A DNA stretch of 13,022 bases from Cyanobacteria bacterium J06626_4 (GTDB lineage Bacteria > Cyanobacteriota > Cyanobacteriia > Phormidesmidales > Phormidesmidaceae), in contig JBCBJQ010000139.1 of NCBI GenBank assembly GCA_038523235.1, positions 1-13,022 on the forward strand. The letters are read 5' to 3'. The translations under genes and the position numbers were made by a program. The notes beneath the pieces are model-generated. The model was not told the DNA's origin. It saw only the letters and a list, made by a program, of their open reading frames with translations, and searched no databases. Below, piece after piece: positions 1 through 7,629 of the stretch; position 1 is the stretch's first letter; each line of letters begins with the position of its first letter.

Positions 1-211
<211 letters not shown>

Positions 212-245
212 TCCTTAGCAGTTCAGCTAGGCTGAGCTTCATTTG

Positions 246-282
246 AAGCAGCGCTCTCCCCAACGGGAGGGCGCTGCTTTTT
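246..282 (+). terminator. Rho-independent terminator of psbA
   Basis: AAGCAGCGCTCTCCC-caac-GGGAGGGCGCTGCTT forms a 15-bp stem with one G-U pair, ending in TTTTT (278-282), 34 nt after the stop codon. Confidence 0.9.
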
Positions 283-494
283 GTATGTGGCATTTAGAGA
301 ATTTGGGTAGGAAAGGGCGATCGCGCTCAAACACCGGGTAGCAAACTGCAGTTTGAGCGAGACTCCAAAGGACAATCTCTAACGTTTATTTGTACCGACA
401 CTCGCTTAAAAAAGACGTCTGCCTGCAGCACGAGAGATGCAAGCTCACTAGCAAGCAACGCCACCATCTGTCCATCAAATGGTGCTGACGCTAG

Positions 495-522
495 AAAAAA
501 AGGGTTGATTTCTCATCAAACC
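495..522 (-). terminator. Possible weak terminator for the DUF697 gene
   Basis: The minus strand reads GGTTTGAT-gagaa-ATCAACCC-TTTTTTT: an imperfect 7-bp stem followed by T7, about 100 nt after the stop at 624. Confidence 0.35.
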
Positions 523-623
523 AGCGCCTCGCAGCATTCAGTATTACAGCCCTATCAATAGCTCCCCAATTTGACCGAGATGCCAGTTAAATTGAACTTC
601 GATTTGCCAATTGGGGTCGACGG

Positions 624-1187
624 CTAAAGACGAGAGAGCAGTTCCTGCTTTTTTGTCTGAAATTCTTCTTCCGTTAGTATCCCCTGATCTTTTAACTGAC
701 CAAGTTTCTCTAGGGCTTCATAAATGTTGGCCGCATCGTCTCCTTTTTCATTTTCAAGGTCAGACACGTATCCTTTACCCCGCTCAAATGCAGAATCATA
801 GGCGGTTTTAACTTGGTCTTCTACAAAGTTATTGAGCGTACCGCCATTCGCAAAATGATTGACCGCAACCTGACCAACTGCATAGGTCGATGCCCCTGAC
901 GTTAGCGCCATCGAAGCTCCACCAATCATCGTGCCAATGCCCGGAATAGCTTTGATAAAGCTGGCTCCTAGTCGCGCCAAGGTCGTCCCCGTGAGGGCGG
1001 TGACAAACGTCTTAGCAATGCTGGGAGAGTAGTCAACGCTGTAGAGTCGGGCTAATTGCTGCAACATTTCCAATTGAATTGCAGTAACCGCAGCAAAGTC
1101 GACCAGCGGAATCGGAATGAGGCCACCGCCCGTGGCCCAGAGTACGTGAGAGCGAATAATGGCGTTGGCTTGATTTTGTTGAGTCAT
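624..1187 (-). CDS. DUF697/YcjF-like protein with C-terminal SHOCT domain (187 aa)
   Basis: IIRSHVLWATGGGLIPIPLVDFAAVTAIQLEMLQQLARLY and KAIPGIGTMIGG...ASTYAVG match the DUF697 pattern. The C-terminal LEKLGQLKDQGILTEEEFQTKKQELL is a typical SHOCT motif. Confidence 0.85.
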   Translation of the reverse strand: MTQQNQANAIIRSHVLWATGGGLIPIPLVDFAAVTAIQLEMLQQLARLYSVDYSPSIAKTFVTALTGTTLARLGASFIKAIPGIGTMIGGASMALTSGASTYAVGQVAVNHFANGGTLNNFVEDQVKTAYDSAFERGKGYVSDLENEKGDDAANIYEALEKLGQLKDQGILTEEEFQTKKQELLSRL

Positions 1188-1734
1188 AGCTTTGTGTTGG
1201 TAAGTAGGATAGTTAACAGCAGAATTTAGCAGTGATGAGTGAAGACTTTACTACAGGGTCGCTTTAGCGATCTAAGAAATTTCAGATCAATTGCAGTTTG
1301 CTGCGACTCAAGTATTTGTATGGAGATTTCTAGCGTTGACGGCAGCCTGATGGCCGATACGTCTCAGCATGCCCTCTTCAAAAACTCAGCTTGCACAACC
1401 AGGAATTCAGAAACCGACTCACCCAGCTAACTTATCCTGGTCTAAGTGCGGCTTGCTATTGCAGTGCCCACCTGAGGGCTGGAGTGATTGATCGTTTGTC
1501 GGTGACTCAGTGACAGACCTTGAGCGGCATATGAACGCTATTCACCGCATCAAGATTTATGGGCATGTCGGCAGCCAGTATGCTCTCAATCCCATAGATT
1601 TTGAGAGCTTTGGTTAGGAACCCCTCTGATCGCGTTCGGTTCTACCCCTAACTAACGACGGCGCAATCCAGTAGCCTCTATTTATTGGGTTTAATTGCTA
1701 GCGGTTATTTTTGCCACAGCTGGCCAGCAACCGG

Positions 1735-1739
1735 GGAGG
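1735..1739 (+). promoter_or_regulatory. Shine-Dalgarno GGAGG supporting a TTG start at 1745
   Basis: GGAGG-cgatt-TTG, with the TTG in frame with the kinase ORF. Confidence 0.55.
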
Positions 1740-1744
1740 CGATT

Positions 1745-3295
1745 TTGGAGACGGTCGATCACGGCAGCTTAAGCGATTTGCTTTGTCATGCGAATAGTTT
1801 TTCGGTGGCTGATCGCCAGAGAGGCTCATTGCTGCGTGCTCGCAACGCTGCCCTGATGGCGGAGGCCGAGTGGCGAGCCGCAATCGCCGCGTTGGCTGAG
1901 CTTTTGCCGACGCTGCCTCGCCCGACGACACTCAAGGGACATCCGGTCGATGTGGTAGACGGCATCACCTTATCAGGCCCGCTACCTGTTCTCAATGAAG
2001 CTGATTTTGGTCAGCGGTTTGAGTCTTGGGTCGTTACCCCGCAACCCCTCGCAACGGCATTACAACCCCAACGGTTTCTATCGCCTGCGGCTGAATCGCA
2101 ACGTCCGGCCCAACGCCTTCCAGGCATTCAGGTGCTACCGCTGGTCTTAGAAAATCCGCTGCTAGCAGAGCGCTTTTGTCTGGTATTGACACCAACCTTG
2201 AGCGTCGCTTTGGTGCTGGGCCAACCCACCGGCGGTTCCCCTTGTTTTCAATACTCCTTTGACCCAGCTGTTTTGATCGCGCTCTGGCAACACATTCGCG
2301 ACTATATTGCCGAGCCCGCCAGCCATAGCCTTAACCCATTGCACCAGCGGATTACGAATACCGTGGGCCCGCCAGATTTCCGCGTGATCACGCGCTTTAC
2401 TCAGGGCCTAGTCGCTAATTTGCCCCATCGAGTCAGTGAAGCCTTTGTGGAATCAGACAAGCATGGCAACTTGCACTACACCCAGGTGCCGCACCGGGAG
2501 GTGACCGAGGATGACAACTCGCCCCGAGCCACCCACGCGTTAGCAGACCCTGAGGCCGAGAGTAAGGCCGCGATTCATGCCGGAGCTGATACCGAATTGC
2601 TGCAGGCCATGGCCCATGAAATTCGCACGCCGCTCACGACCATTCGAACGTTGACGCGATCGCTGCTGCGCCGCAAAGATGTGAGCTCCGAAGTCAAAAA
2701 AAGGTTGGCCCGCATTGATGAAGAATGCACCCAGCAAATTGACCGATTTAACCTCATCTTCCGAGCGGTCGAGTTGGAGACGACAGAGCGCGATCGCCCC
2801 CGTTCTTCTCTGACCCCGATTGCGCTGAGCCAGATTTTCAACGATGCGGTCCCCCGCTGGCAGCAGCAAGCGCAACGTCGCAATCTTGACTTAAGCGTCA
2901 CGTTGCCGCCAAATCTCCCCCGCGTGAATAGCGACCCAACTCTGTTAAACGAAGTCTTAACCGGTGTCGTGGAGTGGTTTACCCAATGTCTACCTCCCCA
3001 CAGTCACGTTCACATGGTGGTGATGCTGGCCGGACACCAGCTCAAGCTGCAGTTTGAAGCCGAGTCAACAGAGAAAGGAGGTGCCTTCGACCCCAACGGA
3101 GCGACCAAACGGCAGCCGTTGAAATCCATTGGCCAGCTGTTGACCGTTGTGCCGGAGACCGGGGGCGTCAGCTTGAACTTAGACGTCACTAAAAATCTCT
3201 TTGAATTTTTGGGAGGCAAGCTAATCCTGCGGCAGCGCGCAGAACAAGGTGAAGTGCTGACAGCATTCCTGCCGCTCGATACGCGCGAGATTTAG
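1745..3295 (+). CDS. hik34: Soluble cyanobacterial histidine kinase with degenerate ATPase domain, probably the Hik34 orthologue
   Basis: H-box ELLQAMAHEIRTPLTTIRTL (His codon at 2615), followed by IDEECTQQIDRF. No TM helices. Canonical N and G boxes are absent (EVLTGVVEWF; ETGGVSLNL). The ORF track starts at TTG 1685, but TTG 1745 has a GGAGG RBS. The kinase call is firm, while the Hik34 label rests on my recollection of the family. Confidence 0.75.
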   Translation: METVDHGSLSDLLCHANSFSVADRQRGSLLRARNAALMAEAEWRAAIAALAELLPTLPRPTTLKGHPVDVVDGITLSGPLPVLNEADFGQRFESWVVTPQPLATALQPQRFLSPAAESQRPAQRLPGIQVLPLVLENPLLAERFCLVLTPTLSVALVLGQPTGGSPCFQYSFDPAVLIALWQHIRDYIAEPASHSLNPLHQRITNTVGPPDFRVITRFTQGLVANLPHRVSEAFVESDKHGNLHYTQVPHREVTEDDNSPRATHALADPEAESKAAIHAGADTELLQAMAHEIRTPLTTIRTLTRSLLRRKDVSSEVKKRLARIDEECTQQIDRFNLIFRAVELETTERDRPRSSLTPIALSQIFNDAVPRWQQQAQRRNLDLSVTLPPNLPRVNSDPTLLNEVLTGVVEWFTQCLPPHSHVHMVVMLAGHQLKLQFEAESTEKGGAFDPNGATKRQPLKSIGQLLTVVPETGGVSLNLDVTKNLFEFLGGKLILRQRAEQGEVLTAFLPLDTREI

Positions 3296-3637
3296 CCTCC
3301 GTCAACTTTAGCCAACCTCACCTTGATTCAGGAGAGAAACCGAAGCCCCTTAGTCTTGCTTGTCGCCGCTCCTACTCAAGTTCGAGCCTCTATTGGCATG
3401 CCATATCGGCAAGAGCCGTCCCTAAAATGTGAGGGACAGGGAGCCTGAGTTGATTTGCAAAAGAGGTTCACTAGCTCCCCACGATCAATCAAGGGCAAAG
3501 ATTCATCAATGTCTTTGATTGAACAAAATTGGGATGCCGACAATTAGTCTTGCTAATACGGCCTGTCATCCTTCAAAGCATGAGGCAGAATTAGGAAAGC
3601 AAATCGTAAACCGACGCTTTGAAGGGACCTCATAGAC

Positions 3638-4564
3638 ATGCCACGTCGCCGCCGAGAAAACAACTTATGGATTCATCGCTGGTCCCGCTGGATCATTGGC
3701 GCGATCGCCCTAATGGGTGCCTGTGGCACGGCCTATTTGACCGTGATCAAGGTGATGGGAGGCGATGCGACCTGCCCAGTCGGTGGCTGCGATCGCGTCC
3801 TTTCTAGCGACTACGCCGAAGTTTTCGGCCTGCCCCTAACGCTGTTTGGCTTTTTGGGTTATCTCAGCATGGCAGTCATGGCGTTAGGGCCGTTTCTCAT
3901 TAACCCAGACCGGCAAAAAGAACTCCGCAATCGGTTAGAGGATCTCACCTGGCCCCTACTGTTCATGGGGGCAACGGCCATGCTGGTGTTCAGTGGCTAT
4001 CTCATGTATCTGCTGGCCTTTGAGATCAAGGCGGCCTGTCCCTACTGCATTACGTCTGCCCTCTTTGCGGCCACAATGTTTGCCATGACGGTCTTAGGAC
4101 GTCGCTGGAATGATGTCGGGCAGCTAGTGTTTAGGGGCTTCATTATTGCCATGGTCACCCTACTAAGCACGCTGGCGGTCTATGCCAATGTCAACAATCC
4201 GCAGGGCGCTGACGCGAATATTCCCGGTGAGTCTGGCCCGCCCATTACCACCGTGTCTAGCGAAGCAGAAATGCAGCTGGCACAGCATTTGACGGCCATT
4301 GATGCCAAGATGTACGGCGCTTGGTGGTGCCCCCATTGCCATGACCAAAAGCAGCTCTTTGGCCAAACCGCCGCGAAGGAAATCCCCTATGTGGAATGTG
4401 ACGAAGCAGGCCAAGAGCCTCAGACTGCCGTCTGCCGGGCAGTGCCTGAAGTACAAGGATTTCCCACTTGGGAGGTGAATGGCGAATTTTTGGTCGGGGC
4501 ACAATCGTTAGATACACTGGCCGATGCGTCTGGCTACACCGGCGATCGCACCTTTCAAAATTAG
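3638..4564 (+). CDS. Vitamin K epoxide reductase-thioredoxin fusion (cyanobacterial DsbAB / plant LTO1 homologue)
   Basis: Loop cysteines CPVGGC, VLSSDYA serine motif, membrane CPYC and about five hydrophobic helices, followed by a Trx-like domain with YGAWWCPHC, YVEC...C and GFPTW (cis-Pro). Confidence 0.95.
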   Translation: MPRRRRENNLWIHRWSRWIIGAIALMGACGTAYLTVIKVMGGDATCPVGGCDRVLSSDYAEVFGLPLTLFGFLGYLSMAVMALGPFLINPDRQKELRNRLEDLTWPLLFMGATAMLVFSGYLMYLLAFEIKAACPYCITSALFAATMFAMTVLGRRWNDVGQLVFRGFIIAMVTLLSTLAVYANVNNPQGADANIPGESGPPITTVSSEAEMQLAQHLTAIDAKMYGAWWCPHCHDQKQLFGQTAAKEIPYVECDEAGQEPQTAVCRAVPEVQGFPTWEVNGEFLVGAQSLDTLADASGYTGDRTFQN

Positions 4565-4623
4565 CAACGCTAGGTGTCCACCCGCGTTTCTGTCCTGAAA
4601 ATTTTTCTGCCTGAAAGTTTTCT

Positions 4624-4667
4624 AAGAGCGTTTCGTCGCGTTTAAGCGTGGCGAGACGCTTTTGTTT
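4624..4667 (+). terminator. Rho-independent terminator after the VKOR gene
   Basis: AAGAGCGTTTCGTCGCGT-ttaa-GCGTGGCGAGACGCTTTT forms an 18-bp stem whose 5 non-Watson-Crick positions are all G-U on the + strand. It ends in TTTTGTTT. Confidence 0.75.
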
Positions 4668-4768
4668 AAGGACAGTGGACATTCTCAGCACGATGGACTC
4701 AGGGACTAACGCTAGTTGAGCCAGCCGCTCCAGTACACTAAAAGCATAGTCGGTATGAGCTTGCCCCG

Positions 4769-6160
4769 ATGCCCAGATCAGAGGTGGAAAACGTCGTCAT
4801 TATTGGGTCTGGCCCAGCCGGTTACACTGCCGCCATTTATGCGGCGCGGGCTAACCTGAAGCCACTGATGTTTGAGGGCTATCAGGTCGGCGGCGTACCC
4901 GGTGGTCAGCTGATGACCACGACCGAAGTGGAAAATTTTCCGGGCTTTGCCGAGGGCATCACCGGCCCCGAACTAATGGCCCAAATGCGGCGGCAGGCCG
5001 AGCGGTGGGGCACCGAAATGCGCACCGAAGATGTCGTCGCAGTCAACCTCACGCAGCGCCCTTTCAATGTGCGATCGCGTGATCGCACCGTACAGGCCCA
5101 CAGCATAATTATTGCCACAGGAGCCACGGCCAAACGGCTCAATCTCCCTGCCGAAGAGACTTTTTGGAACCAGGGCATCTCGGCCTGTGCGATTTGTGAC
5201 GGCACGATCCCGAGGTTTAAGGGCCAACCGCTGGCGGTGGTTGGTGGCGGCGATTCCGCCGCTGAGGAAGCGGTGTACCTGACCAAGTACGGCTCTCACG
5301 TACATTTGCTAGTGCGTCGCGATCGCCTGCGGGCCAGTAAGACCCTGCAGGATCGGGTACTCAACAACCCTAAGATCACCGTTCACTGGCAGACGACCGT
5401 AACGGATGTGGTGGGCGATACCTGGTTGGAGGGACTGCGCCTAGCGCATGTCAGCACCGGGGCGGTGAGTGAACTGTCTGTGCGGGGACTGTTTTACGCG
5501 ATCGGTCATACGCCCAACACTCAGCTGTTTCAGGGACAGCTCGACTTGGATGCCGGCGGTTATATCCTCGTACAGCCCGGCACCGTAAAAACTAGCGTTG
5601 AGGGTGTTTTCGCGGCGGGCGATGTGCAAGACCACGAGTATCGCCAGGCCGTCACGGCCGCCGGTACGGGCTGTATGGCCGCCCTGCTGGCGGAACGGTA
5701 CCTCACTGCTCACGATTTAGGGCAAGAATTTTGCCAGAATCCAGCGACTGAAAGTGCTGCTGAGCAGGATGAAAGTGAGCAGGATGAATCGGTAGACCCG
5801 GCAATTACGTTTGACGCCCAGCAGACTCGCCATAGCGGTAGCTATGCGCTGCGGAAGCTCTATCACGAGAGCGATCGCCTCATTGTCGTCAAGTATGTGG
5901 CACCGACCTGCGGCCCCTGTCACGTGCTCAAACCGATTCTCAGCAGAGTCATTGATGAGTTTGAAGGGCGCATTCACTATGTCGAAATCGACATCACCAC
6001 CGATCCGGATATTGCGGAATCGGCGGGCATCACAGGAACGCCGACGGTGCAGTTCTTTAAGGACAAAGGATTGGCAGGGGAACTCCGGGGCATGAAAGCC
6101 AAAAGCCAGTATCGAGCCATGATTGCTCAGAATCTGGCCGCCACCTCGGTTTCGCCATAG
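4769..6160 (+). CDS. ntrC: NADPH-dependent thioredoxin reductase C (NTR-Trx fusion, NTRC; not the nitrogen regulator NtrC)
   Basis: FAD motif [28 protein letters not shown], active site CAICDG, NADPH motif GGGDSA...VRRDRLRAS, and VFAAGDVQD. An acidic linker precedes a C-terminal Trx domain with CGPC and GTPT. Confidence 0.95.
   Translation: MPRSEVENVVIIGSGPAGYTAAIYAARANLKPLMFEGYQVGGVPGGQLMTTTEVENFPGFAEGITGPELMAQMRRQAERWGTEMRTEDVVAVNLTQRPFNVRSRDRTVQAHSIIIATGATAKRLNLPAEETFWNQGISACAICDGTIPRFKGQPLAVVGGGDSAAEEAVYLTKYGSHVHLLVRRDRLRASKTLQDRVLNNPKITVHWQTTVTDVVGDTWLEGLRLAHVSTGAVSELSVRGLFYAIGHTPNTQLFQGQLDLDAGGYILVQPGTVKTSVEGVFAAGDVQDHEYRQAVTAAGTGCMAALLAERYLTAHDLGQEFCQNPATESAAEQDESEQDESVDPAITFDAQQTRHSGSYALRKLYHESDRLIVVKYVAPTCGPCHVLKPILSRVIDEFEGRIHYVEIDITTDPDIAESAGITGTPTVQFFKDKGLAGELRGMKAKSQYRAMIAQNLAATSVSP
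5761..5788 (+). repeat. 15-nt-period tandem duplication in the NTRC linker (EQDES x2)
   Basis: TGAGCAGGATGAA occurs at 5761-5773 and 5776-5788. Confidence 0.85.
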
Positions 6161-6284
6161 GCGATGTCGCCGCGCCGATGGTCATGAAACAAGCTGCTGC
6201 ACGGCCTCCTGGAAATAATGAGGAAACGGGTCTGCAGTGGGCTGTTTGACGACACCGCCCAAGTACGATTTTCCCGCTAATCCG

Positions 6285-6680
6285 ATGAGATTTAACGCCT
6301 ATTATTTTGTGGTATCGATCATTTTATTTTTGATTGAGCTATGGATTGCGCTTTATGTGCGTGACGACTTTATTCGTCCTTACGTGGGCGATGTTTTAGT
6401 CGTGATTTTGATTTACGCGATCGCCCGAACATTCTTCAAAATTTCGATTCTGACGGCAGCCGCAGGTGTGCTGATCTTTGCGTTTGGGATTGAGATCCTG
6501 CAGTATTTCAAGATTGTCGAAATCCTCGGATTAGAGTCATCCACCTGGGCTCGAACCATCATTGGCACCACCTTTGATGGAGAAGATCTGATCGCCTACA
6601 GCGTCGGGATCTTGATCCTACTCGGACTAGAAAAGTTCATCGGCACCCATCAAAAAGAGTGGCGTTCTGTTCAGTCATGA
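6285..6680 (+). CDS. DUF2809-family small membrane protein
   Basis: RDDFIRPYVGDVLVVILIY, IEILQYF and IIGTTFDGEDLIAY resemble DUF2809 motifs, and there are about four hydrophobic segments. ATG 6285 is preferred over the GTG at 6237. Confidence 0.75.
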   Translation: MRFNAYYFVVSIILFLIELWIALYVRDDFIRPYVGDVLVVILIYAIARTFFKISILTAAAGVLIFAFGIEILQYFKIVEILGLESSTWARTIIGTTFDGEDLIAYSVGILILLGLEKFIGTHQKEWRSVQS

Positions 6681-6706
6681 GCGATGAAGGGTTGGTGATC
6701 GTCCCG

Positions 6707-7354
6707 CTAAGCCGACTCCGCCGTTGGCTCGTCACTGCGATGGGCTTGGCTGGTGATGATATCGATCAGGCCATCAATCATGCGATCGCGGTCAAAGGGC
6801 GTCACCGCATCGCCGTGCAGCACCCGCTGCACCAGCAGATAGTGAACCATCGCACCGGAAAATACCCGCGCCGCCACCTTCGGATCCGATAACCGCAGCT
6901 GCGTTTGGGAAGATAAATAGAGCGACAGCTGCTCGATCATCGGTTGTTGAATTTCTAGGATGAAGGTCTTCGCCACATCCGGAAACCGTTCTGACTCCCC
7001 AATAATGAGTCGCATCAACGATAGCAACGGCTGATTGTTAGACAAACCATCCAGCATCAGGTTGGCAAGGCGCCGTAACACCACATCGGGCCGATCTTCC
7101 AAATCAGACTTTGACAGCAGCTCAAACACCACCTGACGGTTGGCAGAAGTTACTGCTCGCATGAGCGCCAAAAACAGCCCCTGCTTATCTTGAAAGTTGC
7201 TGTATAGGGTGGACTTAGAAACGCCCGCTGCCGCCGCAATCCGATCCATACTGGCGGCGGCGTAGCCCTGCCCTAAAAACACTTGAAAAGCGCCTTCTAG
7301 GATGGCTTTGCCCTTATCTGATGGTTCTTTGATGAACGGCGAATCGAAGGACAT
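6707..7354 (-). CDS. TetR/AcrR family transcriptional regulator
   Basis: ILEGAFQVFLGQGYAAASMDRIAAAAGVSKSTLYSNFQDKQGLF is a TetR HTH. The C-terminal RLIIGESERFPDVA is typical of one TetR ligand-domain subtype. Start at ATG 7354, or alternatively 7387. Confidence 0.95.
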   Translation of the reverse strand: MSFDSPFIKEPSDKGKAILEGAFQVFLGQGYAAASMDRIAAAAGVSKSTLYSNFQDKQGLFLALMRAVTSANRQVVFELLSKSDLEDRPDVVLRRLANLMLDGLSNNQPLLSLMRLIIGESERFPDVAKTFILEIQQPMIEQLSLYLSSQTQLRLSDPKVAARVFSGAMVHYLLVQRVLHGDAVTPFDRDRMIDGLIDIITSQAHRSDEPTAESA

Positions 7355-7546
7355 CGTCACTCTTCCCAGCGGGGACAACGCAAACATACCTCAGCATAAA
7401 CCGCTGTCCAGATCTCAGTCTCTACAGTACGGCCTTCAGCGAGTCGATCGCCAGCCGTCACTCAATGCAACCCATTAAAGAAGGCAAAGCCACTGCCAAA
7501 ATACGCCCAACCAAGGCTTTTGCAGGGATAGTTCGATTTTCGACAC

Positions 7547-7597
7547 TGATCGTACTAAACGGTTCGGTTGACAAAACCATACCGTTTAGTACGATCA
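7547..7597. promoter_or_regulatory. Double TetR-type operator within a perfect 17-bp inverted repeat
   Basis: TGATCGTACTAAACGGT (7547-7563) and ACCGTTTAGTACGATCA (7581-7597) are exact reverse complements. They overlap two 15-bp near-palindromes, ACTAAAC-G-GTTCGGT (7554-7568) and ACCATAC-C-GTTTAGT (7576-7590). The element lies between divergent tetR and devB. Confidence 0.8.
7568..7595 (+). promoter_or_regulatory. Sigma70-type promoter for devBCA
   Basis: TTGACA (7568-7573), a 16-nt spacer, then TACGAT (7590-7595), ending 34 nt upstream of the devB ATG. Confidence 0.65.
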
Positions 7598-7629
7598 AGA
7601 AGTCCTTTACGTCATGCCAGTGAGATGCC

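Noticed and set aside
1239..1430. 63-aa intergenic ORF
   Set aside because: GTG start, no convincing RBS, no recognisable motif and Ser/Cys-rich composition. It lies in a divergent promoter region.
5069..5088. Inverted repeat GTGCGATC-gcgt-GATCGCAC inside ntrC
   Set aside because: Explained by one HIP1 site next to a one-mismatch HIP1 site in coding sequence.
1698..6095. Antisense and alternate-frame ORFs over the kinase, VKOR and ntrC (e.g. 2540-2875, 4257-4691, 4906-5286, 5811-6095)
   Set aside because: Shadow ORFs expected within or opposite GC-rich genes. They show no motifs, and each overlaps a well-supported CDS.
7547..7597. 17-bp inverted repeat as transposon or MITE ends, or as a CRISPR repeat
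   Set aside because: The arms are only 17 nt apart, with no transposase, target duplication or repeat-spacer array. An operator/promoter explains it better.
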